A stretch of DNA of 64,000 bases, taken from the NCBI GenBank assembly GCA_965178125.1, contig OZ237775.1, positions 1 through 64,000 of the forward strand, read 5' to 3'. This document shows positions 45,782 through 59,085 of the stretch, one piece after another (the stretch's first letter is position 1; every line of letters starts with the position of its first letter). The notes beneath the pieces were generated by a model. It worked only from the letters and a program-made list of their open reading frames with translations. It was not told where the DNA came from and searched no databases. This DNA comes from Bilabrum cf. latius (taxonomy: Eukaryota). Position numbers and translations under genes: made by a program.

Positions 45782-48700
45782 TCACTCATCGTCCAGTTCA
45801 GCAGCGAGCGGCTCCTGCTCCTCCTCGGTGAGCAGAGCTCCCTGGGGCACAAACACGAGCCGCGGGAATGCGCCGGGCCCCGCGTCCTCGCCGCTGCCCT
45901 CCTCCTCCTTCTCGCCATCGCCACTCTTTCCGTCGTCGTCATCATCCTCCTCGTCATCATCTTCCTCACCCTGCCTCAAGATGTGCAGCGTGACCTGCCG
46001 CAGCCCCTTCCACCAGTCCAGGCCCCGGCCCCTCTTCTCGAGCACCTCCCGCACCAGGGCCTTCTCGGCCTCCTCCTGCAGCTCGTCCTCGTCCGCATCC
46101 TCGTCCCCCCTCTCCCGCTTGAGGTCTGCCGCCCTCTCCTCCACGGCCTCCTCGGGCAGCTCCCCCTGACTCGCGTCCATCAGCGCCTCCAGGCAGCTCG
46201 CGCCCACGCTGGCCTGGTCCTCCTCCCCCGCCTCCTCCCGATCGTCCCCGTAGCTCGCCATGATTCCGTCGAACATGAGCGCGCTCAGGCTCTCATCAGG
46301 TGCCCCCGTCAGCGCCCCGCTCTCCAGGTGCCCCCACAGCCAGGCCAGCAGGGCAGGCATGCCCCTCGCCCTCGCCAACTTGCCCTCGTCCTCCTCGCCA
46401 CCATCGCCTGCGGCCTGGCCCTGCATTGCCACGATGCTGTCCCACGCACTGCACTGCGGTGCACCTTCCTGCTCGCCCTCCCCGGGCTAACCCCCCACGG
46501 GCCCGCTCATCGCGGGCCGAGGCTCGAAGTAGTGCGCCTGGTTCAGAGCCAGGTTCACGTTGTGCTGATCAAAGGCGGCCAGCAGCTACTCAGTGGCAGG
46601 GATGGGCCGGGGACCATCTCCGCCCGCCCCCCCTGCCGCGGCCTCGGGTTCTGCCCCTGCCTCTGCCTCCTGGGGAAGCATGGAAGAGACGGGCGGTGCG
46701 ACGGAGACCAACGGCCTCGCGATACCTCCCCTGATCTGGCCCTTGTCCTTGCCCGCATCCTCCCCGAGCCACTGCAGGTGCTGCATCGAGAGGGCACTCC
46801 GCCCCAGCCGCCTCAGCTCTCCCGGGGGAACACCCCCCTCTTTGCCCACGAGCGCCGCCTCTCCACCCTTGGCGATGGTCGCCCGCACGGCCCCCTCGAG
46901 TCGGATGACCTTCAGGAGCTCCAGCCCAACCAGGGCAGTGGCCAGCGCAGTGGTGGTTGCAACCGCGGGCACGATCCGCCCCACGACTTTCTTGGCCCGC
47001 AGCCTCTCCACCACTGGGATCCCGTACTGCCTGCTGCGCAGGTTGCCGCATGCCGCCACAAAGTCCGCATGCATCCCCGCGTCATCGTCCTTGTCGAAGG
47101 GCTGGGGGGACAGTTGGAAGCCCGCCGCGCTGGCCCCCCGCAGGTCGGCCGCCCCCGGCAGTGCTCCCGCCAGCTCGTCCACCTCTTCGTCCATGGACTG
47201 CCCCGCCCCCGCCCCCGCCCCCGCGCCTACATCGTCATCCTCGCCGTCCTCCCCTCCGGCGCCCCCCTTCGCCTTGGCCATCGCAGCGGCCTCCTCCTCC
47301 GACGCAGCGATCTTCTCCCCGGAGGGCACCCAGGCCGGCATTTCAGCCTCTGCCCGCTCCAGCGCGGCGGTGATCGAGACCGGCAGACCGGCAGCCAGCC
47401 CCGCGGCACCCTCGGCCAGCTTGCCTCGCTGGTCGAGAGCAGAGGCCGCCTCGGCTGCCCGGCGCGCGGCCTGCTCCTCTTCCTCGCTGACAGGCACCCC
47501 GTGCGCCCTCGCCCTCACGAAAGCACCCGACAGCACGAAGGCGAGGCTCAGAGGATCCTCCGAGTCGAACAACGCCACGGCGGGGGGCCTCTTCTTGGCC
47601 GTCCAGAACGGCTGCCCGTCCCCGGTCACTTTGTCCGCAGGGTGCTGGTGCAGAAGGTCCCTGATCGAGTGGGCGAACCTGCGCTCGTACAGCTTGCGGG
47701 CCCACCGCACGCAGTCCCCGAAGGAGCTCGGCCTCTCGGCAGGAGGCAGCTTGGAGCCTCCTGCCGCCCCCGCCGCCCCCCCATCACCCACCGGAGCCCT
47801 AGTCTCCCGCAGTACGGCCTGTACCCTCAAGACAGCCCCCTGCTGCCCCTTGCAAGCCCGCACCCACCTGCGCCTGCCCTCCTCCTCCTCCACTCCGCCC
47901 TCTTTGGCCTCGCCCACGGCCCCCACGGCCTCGGCATAGTCCCGCGCAGCCTCTGGGTGCTTGACGAAGACCTCCTCCCACACGTCCCGGGCCCACTGCA
48001 GCGTGTGCTCGGGCAGGTGGGGGAAGCTCTTGAGCGTGCACACGGGGATGGACGACCCATCGTCTTCGCCCTCCGCGGGTCCCATGCTGTACGTCTCCGT
48101 GAGTCCAGGCAGAATGGTCTGCGTGGAGCACTTGAGCCCCAGCGTGCCGCTCTCCAGCAGCGGCAGAGAGTGCTCCACGCACTGGTCGTCCACGTACCTC
48201 CTGGCCTTCACGTTGTCCAGCGCGTTGACCACCACGGAGAGACTCCTCCAGAAATCGTGAGGCAGCACAGTCTCCGTGTGCGGTGCCACCATGGTCTCCA
48301 GCGGCTCCACAGTTAGCGAGGGGTTGATCTCCTGCGCTGCCTGCGCCGCGGCGGTGCTCTTGGGCTGCCCGATGTGCCGGTCCCTGAAGAGGAACTGCCG
48401 GCTCAGGTTGGACCGCTCGATCCGGTCCATGTCAGTCACCAGCACACCGGCTCGATCCAGCCGCGCCCCCTCGGGCCCCGCGCGCAGGGTCTCCCCCTCC
48501 CCCAGCGGCCCCCCCGCGCCGACCCCCATAAGCGCGAAGGCCTTCAGGAACTCGCACCCCAGTGCCCCGGAGCCCACGAGGAACACGCGGGCCGCCTCGA
48601 GCTGCGCCTGAAACCCGCGCCCAAACACTGCCACCTGCCCGTCGTATCGGTCCCCCGTGGGGCCCGCCTCCGCGGCGCTGGGCAGCTGGGGCAGCGCCGA

Positions 48701-50189
48701 GGTGGCGTCGTACAGCCACCACTGGGACAGGGGAGTGAACCGGCGAGTCACCAGCTTGATGGCCTCCTGGCCGGCAACCGCCCCCGCGGCCGTGCAGCAC
48801 GGCGACAGCCGCCCCACGGCCGTCCCTGCAGCCCTGGTCAGGGCGCTGACGTCAGCGCTCGAAGGGGCCCCGCCCTCACCCAGACTCCCCGCAGCTGCCC
48901 TGGCAATGGCACCGGCTGCTTCTGCATCGCCTGCCGCCGGCCACCCCGCGCACTCGGGATCCAGGGGGCGCCCCTCTTCCTGTTTCCCTGCCTCTGCCCC
49001 TAGTGACGCCTTCCACCTCGCTGCCCAGAGGGCCCGCAGGAGCGCCAGCAGCTGCGTGGGCCTGCCCCACCTGCGGACATCCAGGTGGCCCTCTGCCTCG
49101 GGGCACGGGCCCGCCCCATCGGATCCGATCGACCCGAAGAACTCCGAGGCTGCCTTGTGACTCACCGTGGTGGCCCGCTTGACCTGCTGAAAGTACCCCC
49201 CTCGGGTGTACCCCGCCCCCGCGCAGCACCCCGCCGATGCCTCCGCCTCGGCCCACCTAGCCAGCGCCTCTGGCCCCACATCCACTGCATGCGGGCTGGG
49301 CACCGCCCTGACCTCTAGCACGGGGCCGGTATCCGCGCTGCCGTTCAGGGCAGCCACAGCGGGTCCCTCCAGCCCGCTCAGAGTCAGTGCATCGCCCTTC
49401 TCCAGCCCGTGCCTGACATCAGGGTCCAGCTCGAGCACCAGCCCGGCCTCTCCCCCCTTGCCCTCAGATGCCGCCACCCCCCGCCTGACGCCTACCACCA
49501 GGCCGGATTTGGGGTCCTCTCCGTCTGCATCCTCCACGGGCACTTCCTCGCCGCCGTCCACGAAGCACCAGGACAGGAGGCCGGGCGCTCCACACGCAAC
49601 TAGGGCCACTCCGCGGGCGCGGCAGGCGGCTCCCAGCGCTGCAAGAGCCGCACCATCCATTCCGCAGGCGACTACCACCTATCGTCCTTCGAGCGCAGAC
49701 TCTGGGACATCCAGCCCAATGCCCGCCACTCCGGTAGAAGCGGCCAAACCTTCGCCGCCCCTGGCAGGAACCTCCACGACAACCTGACAAGCGTCGTTGA
49801 GCTCCTACAACCTTGGGGCCGTGGCTTCTGCGCGAGATATCTTTGCATCAACATCCCCCTGGGTAAGAAAGCAGTTGCTGGCGAGATCTATACCTAGTGC
49901 AGGCCTCGGATCGAGGAGCCCTACACGTTTCACTCCCGCCAGAATGATATTCTTGGCAGCTTCGGCACCCTCTCCTGTTAAGCCAACAACAAGCACCGAT
50001 GCTGCCCCAAGTCGAACTTGGGCACCCTTTCCGTACACGTACAACTGGCGGCTGCGAGCAGTATTAAGATTCACCAGGGCGAGCACACATTGCTTCATTC
50101 TGAAATGCATCCGTCATGGTACACAGATTTGCACAAGGCACATACCTGTAAAGTTCTTCATCTACTTTAGACTCAGCAGATGCGCTCAT
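45782..50189 (-). CDS. UBA1: Ubiquitin-activating enzyme E1, multi-exon
   Basis: VDEELYS/RQLYVYG, DRYDGQVAVFG, LVGSGALGCE, DMDRIERSNLSRQFLF, catalytic IPVCTLKSFP, FDKDDD and GRIVPAVATTTA. In-frame TAGs at 49805 and 46586. Confidence 0.93.
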
Positions 50190-50380
50190 AATATCTTCTT
50201 ATCCTTTCGCAAGGTGTGTTCTCGGCAAGTACTACAGACCCCCACCGAGTTGGGGGCACCGGCGGGGGGGGAAGCTCCCCAGCTGGGGGCTCTATGTTGC
50301 GGTCAACTGCAACTCGCAAACAATGCAAGTAAGTCTAGTTTTGCCCATCTATCGTTCGATTCGATCGAAATAACCCAATT

Positions 50381-52015
50381 ATGGCACAGTGTCGACATAA
50401 GAGCTCTGCAGCAGGCTTGTATCCCCTCTCTACACTACCGCAGAGTTCGAGCGTCAAACACTGGACGCTTTCACGCAATGGCGCTATATGTGCACTAGTA
50501 ACTGTAATTGCGGTAGTAATTGTAATTGTGTCAGCCAGTCTGCGACTGTTATTCGTCGGCAATCCACTTGGCCACTAGATGCAGGTTGCCGCGAAACACT
50601 CGGAAGAGCAGTACGCAGTGCAGCACTTGGCAGGATAGCAACCACATCAATACGGTATTGCAAAAATCTGGAACAGAGAGTTGGACAGCCACAGCCGTAC
50701 CGATTTTTCGGTGTGCATCGCCAGCAAATCTGGAAGGATAGCAGGCAAACTTGCAGAGCTACAGGCGAACAAGCTCTTTTCAGTCTGGCTGGTAAACGGA
50801 GATGCCTACGAGGATTATGCATACAGGGCAGAGCCGTTCTTTGACAACTCACCGCTCGCCGAGACAGGGCTCACGTGTATTTTTGTCGAAGGGTACAGAC
50901 CAGAGGAAAGAAACAGGAACAATTCGATGTACGTCGCATTTCGCTGCGAAATTCCGATTGCTAAAGACAAGTATCCAGATATTGGGTGCGATTTTACTGT
51001 GCGATCGCGGGTGTCGCGCTCCACAAGGGCATTCCCAAGGCGGCAATCGATTAGCCTCCAGTACTCGGCAGGGCGACGAACTGCCCCTCAAGATATACCA
51101 CTGCCACCTGCATCTCGATTTATACCTAATGAGGTTGTTGCGAACCCTGTTTAGTACTCGGAAGACTATAAGAACTTTAAGAACATGGACGGGTTTGGCC
51201 ACTTCGACCGGGTGGTCGGCTCCAACTCTTCCACGATTGCGATTCAGACGCACCTTGGACTTGGAAATCAGTTGAGAGTTGTGGCCGCGTTTGCTAAGTG
51301 GGCGAAGATGGCGAGTAAGAACCTGGTTGTCTACTGGAATTCGAGCAGGGACTGCGACGTTGAATTCAGCGACCTGTTCGAGAAACCTAGAGACCCGTGG
51401 GGCAGCGTAGAAGTGTATCCATACAAGTCTGCCGTCCAGAAAGGAGCTACAATAGACCTTCTGACTATTTTCCCTATCTTTGATAAGAATAGGCTGATAG
51501 ACTGCTTTCCCGACCCAGAGGGCTTGCTTCAGCCCCTGCCTGCGATTGTTGCTGCAGTGCGGGAGCAGCTGGCGAAGTTGAGGGAGTCCATGGGCACCGA
51601 GTACTTCTTGGCAGCCCACGTTCGAGGGACCGATCTCGGTCACTACCTCTCGGGAGACGATGTGATGGAGTGGGTCCGCAGGGCAGACCCATCCGGCACG
51701 CTGCCAGTCGTAGTTAGTACCGACAGCGCGGCAACACGCCAATCGCTCACCGAGCGACTGGGGTCCAGGGTATTTGTCATTGAGCACGAGTGGCGAAAAG
51801 GCCAACTCCGACAAACCAGCGTCCAAGCAGCTCTTGTGGACCTGCTGGTTGCCAGTCTGTCGCATGACTTCCTGCCGACCTGGGCCAGCTCGTTCTCTCG
51901 AATCATCATGGCTCTGCGACAGCGTAGAGCTTCAACCATGCGCATTCTAGGGCTATCACAGTGGGCAGGAATCTAGCTTGGCTCGACACAGGCCCTACCT
52001 GATGCCTCGTCATGA
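50381..52015 (+). CDS. Type II membrane glycosyltransferase, fucosyltransferase/NodZ-like (GT-B)
   Basis: N-terminal TM segment, then GLGNQLR, AHVRGTD, VVVSTD and ALVDLLVASLSHDFLPTWASSFS. Same-frame ORFs joined by TAG. Confidence 0.7.
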
Positions 52016-52199
52016 CCATGAGCCCGCATTGCAGCACAGGTCACTCTCGATGTGCGCAGTCCAGGCACGCACAGGAACCCCAGCTCACCCCACCATGCAG
52101 GCAGTGCAAAGCGGGAACGTACAGGTCTTCACGCTCAGCCCAAGCGGGTAGCGACTCGCCACTGGTGTTGTGATCTCATTACTTTATCCGGATTTTCAT

Positions 52200-53035
52200 T
52201 TGGTGGGGCCGGACCTCGACCCAGGCGGCCCCCGCGGCGCACGCCATCCAGCGCACGAGCAACCAGGCCAGGAGCTCTGGAGCTCAGCCGGCAGACCTTC
52301 GACGTCTACAAATCCGTGCACAACAACGACCTGGCCCTGGCCATCGACGCTAGCAGGGCGCTGCAGTCAGAGGGCCGGGAGCCAGCCGTGGTGCTCGCCC
52401 GGGAGAGCCAGGACTCGAGTGGGTGCGTGCTCGTGCGGGTCGTCAACCTGGACCGGCCCCCGGCCGTGTTTAGTGTCCACTCGTACCGCCTCGAGCAGCT
52501 GCAGGCTGGGACCGACCCGAGAGCTGGTGCAGCCGCCGGAGGAGGGCGGCGAGGGCGCGACCCGGCCGCCGAGCACGCGGGAGCTGATGGCGGCGATGCA
52601 CGCGTCCTCGCGTGCTGGTGTGCCTCCAGCGCCTGCAGGCTTAGGAGGGCATCCCGCTCCTGGGTACCACCATCACCTGCAACCCGTCGTTCGAGTACTC
52701 GTCCGAGGCATCGCACCCCATCTACTACAACCTGCTCACCGACCCGCAGCAAGTCGACTACCACGGCGATTTCAACCACCCCCGCACGGCCATGGTCACG
52801 GACTGTCAGGTGGCGCGCTCGGGGTACCGGGGCCGGGGCACGGGCTGGGCGCGCAGGGGGAAATGCTTGGGCTGAACCCGTACACGTTTCCCGGGTGCGT
52901 CGACCCGGGCACGCTGTACGAGATGAGCCTCTCCTTCTCCGCGGCCTCCGCGGGGGACCTGGAGATTCACGTGTGATGGGGACGGGCCTCGTGTGGGTCG
53001 ACGACTTCGAGGTCAGGTACACGGGCACGAGGTGA
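52200..53035 (+). pseudogene. Coding-like fragments in shifting frames; degenerate or heavily spliced gene of unknown family
   Basis: Protein-like segments (QTFDVYKSVHNNDLAL; TITCNPSFEYSSEASHPIYYNLL; GTGLVWVDDFEVRY) fall in different frames. Confidence 0.3.
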
Positions 53036-53655
53036 GGGCAAGCCCGCCAGAGGAAGGAAAAGATGAAATGGGAGAAACGAGGGAAACGAGCATCTGGGGG
53101 GGGGGCGGAGCGGTCAAGGGGCGGTGCTGCATTGAAATGCGTTTTCGAGGTTGCATGTGCTGCCCGCCGGCAAAACCCGGGCGGGGCCGGGGAAGCGGGG
53201 AGCAGGAGCAGGTGCACCCTGCGAATCGAAAGCACCAGTGAGTGGGGGCACGGTGCGGCTGCTTGAGTGCCGGGGGTCCCGCTTCGGGCCTTGCTTGCTA
53301 GACCTAGACCAAAATCCGACCTGATCCCAAGGCTTGCAGCGGCTCGCTGCTTTGTCGTTACTTTTGACTTCATTGCCGGCCACGAGCACGTGCAGCAGCA
53401 GCAACCCGCCCCAGGCAGTACGGAGGAGTGCTGCGGACACGAGTCTCGGGCACGGGAGCAATCGAATCGGGTCGTCCTTGCGCATGCGCCCGCCGCGCAC
53501 GATGCCACGGTTCCGTATTGATTGCTCCGAGTCGAAAATCAAGATTCGTTCATTCGTTCATTCATTCTGTAGTAGCTCCAAGGCTTTACACTAAGCAATT
53601 TAGGGAATAGGACTTGTGCATTGCTGCTGTATTTGCTGCTTTTGAATCGGGCCTG

Positions 53656-55449
53656 TGCATGATGCAGCTCAACCCCCCCTGTTGGAGGGTTTGCAGCACA
53701 TTCGGAATAGCGTCGGTCTTGCTGCTTGCCTCGATTGACGCCTCGCATGCTCAAGCTGCAGCGTCCGACAAGTATTCATGCTCTGGAGGGTTCTTTAATT
53801 CAACTGGCGGGCTTGCTTTGCATGTAAAGGGCTGCGTGCACGTGACGGGCGACCTAACGATCGCCGATATCGCGAATGTTGCTGCCCTACCGACTGCTCT
53901 TCGCTCCATCCAGCTGATTGACGGCACGCTGCAGGCTAGGAACATGAGCAACCTAACTAGCCTGGGTGCATTTGCCTCATTGAAGTACGCCGGAGGCCTG
54001 GTGGTGCGAGATCTCCCCAAGGTAGGCTTGCTCGCCTTTCCGAATGTACTGCTTGTTCAAGGAACGCTGCAGGTTTGTAATCTGCAGTCCGCTACAGCAG
54101 TGGAATTTCCATCGCTGCTGAATGTGACAGGGGGCGTCAAACTCGGTTACAGCGAAGCTAACGATGACTGCAGCCTGCCAAATCTTGTCAAGGTCGGAAT
54201 GGATCAGTTGCAGGCAGTCAGCGAGGATCTAGACATCTCAAATTGCGGCAGCATGTCATCGCTTCCCGCGTTTTCGTCGCTGTACAGCATCGGTGGCAGC
54301 TTGTGGCTGGGTTCGCTGGATCAGCTCCGCACCGTCGGCGGCTTCGCTGCCCTGGAGAGCGTCACGGGGAATCTAGCGTTGTCAAGCTTGGCAGAGATCG
54401 TCAAGATAGGCTCGGCCGCCTTCCCCAAGCTCACGTCAGCGGGGGGCTTGAGCATTTCTTCGCACAAGAGCTTGACCGGCATCGCAGGATTCAAGTCGCT
54501 CCGCAGGATTCAGGGTGCGCTGGCCATCCTCGGCAACCCAGCCCTTCAAATTTTGGCTGGGCTGCCCCGCCTCAGGTCCGTGGGGGCAATCTATGTAACG
54601 CAGAATCCTATGCTTGCCCAGACGAAACGCATGCGGCGACTTACCAGCGTCCTTGGAGACATCAGGTTGGACACAAACCAACAACTGGCCGACCTTGATT
54701 TCCTTAGCGCCGTCACTGACCTGTCGCATGGGGGCATCACTGTCACCTTCTGCGGAATCACAAATGTGGACGGCCTCAGCCAGGTAACTGATGTCCTTCA
54801 CTCCGTGAGCTTTACTTACAATGGCCAGCTTAGAGACCTGAGCGGGTTCCGCTCTCTCGAGACGGTCGGCCTGGACTTTTTTGTGATGGGACTTGGGGAG
54901 GAGCAGGCTGGCGAGCTGGCGCTGGACGGGCTGAAATCCTTGCGCAGCGTGGGGAGACAATTCTACTTGGGCGGTTTCCCGACGCCGAATTTCGACGCCC
55001 TGGGGTCTCTCGAGACGGTCGGAGATATTTTCAAGCTGCAGGCTGTGAGGGGACCCAGCAGCCTCGACGGGTTTGGCAACCTGAAAACGATCGGCGCCCA
55101 GCTCGTGGTGCAGCAGATTGAGGGCATGCGTGCGATCACAGGATTCAATGCTCTCAAGTCGATCGGGGCACAGGCTGTCATCAACTTCAACCCCAACCTG
55201 ACTTCGGTCTCTGGGTTTGAGTCCCTTGCCTTCGTGGGCGGCGACCCGTCGGTCGTTGCCTCCCTTGCCGTGGTAGGGGACTCCATTGAGTCCGTGACTG
55301 CCTTTGTGGCCGTCTCAAACATGACGCGCTCGCCCTTTTTCAGCGGATCGGAGATGGTGATCTGTGAGAGCCTCAAGGATAGCCTGACCGAGGCGGCCGG
55401 AACGGACAGGAGCCTCTTCCAAGTGAAGGAGGTGGATCCGTCCTGCTGA
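53656..55449 (+). CDS. Secreted receptor L-domain/leucine-rich-repeat-like protein
   Basis: Signal peptide followed by repeats of the form (F/L)xxLxxVGGxLxI. Ends in TGA. Confidence 0.8.
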   Translation, partial: CMMQLNPPCWRVCSTFGIASVLLLASIDASHAQAAASDKYSCSGGFFNSTGGLALHVKGCVHVTGDLTIADIANVAALPTALRSIQLIDGTLQARNMSNLTSLGAFASLKYAGGLVVRDLPKVGLLAFPNVLLVQGTLQVCNLQSATAVEFPSLLNVTGGVKLGYSEANDDCSLPNLVKVGMDQLQAVSEDLDISNCGSMSSLPAFSSLYSIGGSLWLGSLDQLRTVGGFAALESVTGNLALSSLAEIVKIGSAAFPKLTSAGGLSISSHKSLTGIAGFKSLRRIQGALAILGNPALQILAGLPRLRSVGAIYVTQNPMLAQTKRMRRLTSVLGDIRLDTNQQLADLDFLSAVTDLSHGGITVTFCGITNVDGLSQVTDVLHSVSFTYNGQLRDLSGFRSLETVGLDFFVMGLGEEQAGELALDGLKSLRSVGRQFYLGGFPTPNFDALGSLETVGDIFKLQAVRGPSSLDGFGNLKTIGAQLVVQQIEGMRAITGFNALKSIGAQAVINFNPNLTSVSGFESLAFVGGDPSVVASLAVVGDSIESVTAFVAVSNMTRSPFFSGSEMVICESLKDSLTEAAGTDRSLFQVKEVDPSC

Positions 55450-55773
55450 TTTTGGGGCGTGCCCGCAGCATGGACTTCGTTGCGCGCCCTGGGTTGTACC
55501 TCAACCGGGGGTGAGTTGTACGGGCGTGACTCTGTGCTGGAGCTGCAGTACTTGCTCTCTCGCTGCGGGGGTACGATGGCTGCGCTCGACCAAGATGGGG
55601 ATGCTCTGACCCTGCGGCCTGGAGCTAGGTGCTTGCCTTGCTGCACTGCCGGTCCAATTCATGATTCCTGCATAGCTGGGATGGTTTGCGCATGTTTATT
55701 TGACTTGTTAGAGTTTCTAACCTTTAACTCACATTGATCCAGGTTTAGGCCTATGCGCTGGGGCATACACTCG

Positions 55774-56103
55774 TCACACTGTATCAGGAGCAGGACTCTG
55801 CAGGAGGCCAGTCATGGGACTCGGACCAAGAGCAACGTGGCGAGTTGGCGAGTACTGTGCCCAGCTCATTGTAGCTTTCTTGCCTCCCGCGGGTCCGATG
55901 GCCAAGATACGCGCACACTGGTTCATCACGTCTTTGTCCGCCACCCTGTCAGCATCCAGCACCGCGTTGCACAGATTCTCTCGCAGCATCTACTCCCGTG
56001 ACTCTTGAGACAGTTTCTTAAAGACAACTGCATGCTTCTACCTATCAGTAATAGATGTGGTTTTCTTCTTCTTTGCTTTCTTTGGTGCAACGACGCCGGC
56101 CAT
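55774..56103 (-). CDS. Hypothetical protein (possibly a first exon)
   Basis: MAGVVAPKKAKKKK... continues through TAGs into the ORF at 55774-55989. Confidence 0.35.
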
Positions 56104-56883
56104 CGTTGTGGTTGCTCGAAAGTTGTTATCATCATCTTCAAAATAATGGGGGTGCCAATGTTGGCACCCCTGTAGGGGCACCCCTCCCTGGTAACCCCTT
56201 GGCGGGGTCTGATCCCCTCCGTCGAATTCCAATCAGAGCGAGGATTCATTTCCAGTCACGTGCTTTTAAAAAAAATCGGTAAGATATGATAAGACTTTAT
56301 CATCAAACTATGTATGGATGTCAGTGGTACCTTGGAAGGCTCGAAAATTGCGAAAGCGTGTGTTCTTTGAAATGCCAAATGAGGAATTTGTGTCGACGGG
56401 CGGACAGATGCCCCTAGGGCTGTGGTGATTGTCGACTTCGCCTTTGTGTACAAACTTTCGGCGTACCTGATGGCTCAAGAACTACATGTGTTGCTTAAGC
56501 TTGCTATGCACGGTGTCTGTGACGATGGCATATTCCAGTCGCTTCCTCGTGGGGCGTCCCGATGTATGGTGGGGACACGACACTTTGTGTCTGTGGTTAG
56601 GATACCGAGACATGATCGTGCATAGTATGAGAGTTTTTGGTCTTGGCTGTGACAATGATGATTGCCGCTCGCGCGGCACTCCGCTGCTGACGCCCGCCCA
56701 TTCGCCTGGTGCGGAACCCTGGAGCCGCGAACTTCCTTGGAAGTCTGAGTCAATTATACCAAGATTAAGTGGTTAATTTGTGGATCCCAATCTGCGGGGC
56801 AACTACGCTGCATTCATCAGACACGTGTGTATCGACCCTTTCCTGTTCCCCTGTCGCAGCTGCTGACCGTCTCCTGGCGGGAC

Positions 56884-59004
56884 ATGCGAGCAGCGATGCG
56901 GTGTCGTCGGATTGCCAGGGGCATGGAGCACGCTGTGCTGCGGCGCATGGGTCCTGTACCCGCGCTGGCGCTCTAGCCCCCATCCCTCCCTCAGCCGCTG
57001 CCGCACGGCCGGGCCCTGTCGTCCACCGCAGCAGGAGCGGGCTCCTCAACCGAGCCCAGCTCTTCTTGGCCCCGGGTTGACACCAAGCCGAGCAGCACCC
57101 AGTCCACAGAGGGAGTTGAGCAGGACCGTCGATCTGCCCTGCTGCGGCAGGTGAAACAGGCCGCCGAACGGTGCAGGCACGAGGGCAGGCCCGTGCGGGT
57201 GGTTGTGCTGGGAGGGGGCGTGTCTGGGCTTGTGCTGGCGCGGTAGCTGCGGGAGGAGTATGCCCGGGTGCTGATGAGAGCGGGCGATTCTGCCTCTGGC
57301 TCTGTGGGGCTGGAAGTGGAGGTGCTGGAGGGGGCCTCTAGGGCCGGGGGCTGGCTGCACACGGAGCACGTGCCCTCCAAGAGCGCGGGCCCGGGGTACA
57401 TTTTGGAGAGAGGGGCCCGTGGGGTGAGGCCGCGAGGGTCGGGCAGGCGAGCCCTGCGACTCATCGAGTCCCTGGGCCTGCGGGAAGAGGCCCTGTGGAC
57501 GGCCAAGGAAGGGGAGGCGAGGTGGGTGCTGCACAAGGGGAGGCCCCACCAGCTGCCTGCCTCTGCCATGGGACTCGTCACGGGGCTCCCCATGGTGCCC
57601 AGTCCCCTGAGCACATTCGGGCTCGAGTTCACCAGAGCGGCGCACCCCGACAGCGCGGCCAAGGGTGGCCCCGGCACTCCGGACGAGAGCGTGCACTCGT
57701 TCTTTTCGAGGAGATTCGGGGGCCCTGCCCTGGCTGACTCGCTGCTGGACGCCATGGTGGCAGGGGTCTGGGCAGGGGACGTGCGCAAGCTGTCGGCGCA
57801 ATCGCTGTTTCCCTTGCCCACTGCGTGGGAGGACGCTGCGGGCAGCATCCAGGCCGGCGCCCTCGCCTCCATGGCGCACTCGGTGGGGGTGCCTCTGCCG
57901 GCGAGCATGCGCGACAGGCTGGACGCAGCGGGAGGATCGCAGAAAGCCGCCGCCCTGGGCGCCGCCCTTGAGGCCCAGGACATCAAGGAGGGCCCTGCCT
58001 CTTCCTTCGTGCGAGAGGCCTCGAGGGCAGCCAGCGTGAGCTTCAGGGAGGGCATGGGGACTCTGCCGCGGGCCCTGGTGCAGGACCTGGGTGGGGAGCA
58101 GGGGTCCTGGAGCGAGGGCAAGGGACAGGGGGCGCGGAGCAGAGTGCGGCTCGGTACTCGGGTCTCTGCCGTGCACGAGCATGCAGCTCCCGCTGCCTCG
58201 TCCTCGTCGGGTGGCTCTCCTCCATTCGTGGTCAGGTGCCAGTCGAGCAGCCAAGGCGCCTTGGACGTGCCGTGTGACGTGATTGTCTCGGCTCTTCCCG
58301 CGGGAGAGCTCAGCGACGTGCTTGAGTCCTCGCTTGGAGGAAGAGGAGGAAGAGGCGATGCCACCAGCACCGGGTGGGAGGGCCTGGGGCGAGCGACCGG
58401 GGCCCTGCGGGATGTGCCCTACGAGAGCGTGGTGAGCGTGAGCTTTGGGCTGGGCGAGGAGGCGGCTGCAGTGGCACTGCCCCCCAGCCGGCGCGGGTTT
58501 GGGTACTTGTGCCCCAGCCAGGAGGAGGAGCGGGTGCTGGGCTGCGTGTGGGACTCGTGCGCATTCCCCGGGCAAGACCTAGGAGCCAGGGAGCAAGGGA
58601 AGGGGGCAGCCGAGAGTGCACCTGGCCAGGCCCGGCTGTCTGTGATGATGGGAGGGGCGAGGTGCCCTGGACTCGTGGACGCCAGCGATGCAGACGTGGT
58701 GGAGGCTGCGTGTGACGCCCTGCAGCGGCACATGGACCTCAACCTGGGCGAGGGAGCCAGGTTCGCGGATGGGGTGCTCGTGTCGAGGGCCAAGGGGGCC
58801 ATCCCCCAGTACACGGTGGGACATGCAGAGCGGCTCCGGGTGCTGGATCGGGCGCTGTCGGAGGCCAGCGCGCCTGCCCTTGCGCGTGGGCTCGTTACGA
58901 TTGGGAACTGGAGGGGCGGGGTCGGCGTGGCTGACGCAGTGGCGCAGGGCGAGGAGCTGGGAGTGGAGCTGGCGAGGTGCATCGGGGCAGGGGCGGGGCA
59001 GTGA
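56884..59004 (+). CDS. PPOX: Protoporphyrinogen oxidase (HemY type) with probable mitochondrial presequence
   Basis: VVVLGGGVSGL FAD motif upstream of TAG 57244, then LEGASRAGGW, ERGARG, DESVHSFFSRRFG, GFGYL, AIPQYTVGH and GVGVADAV. Confidence 0.92.
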
Positions 59005-59085
59005 ATGTGGCTCGCGTATATGGATATACCACGTGTTGTGGTCGATCTATCGAACGATTGATCTGATATTTTTGTATCAAGTACT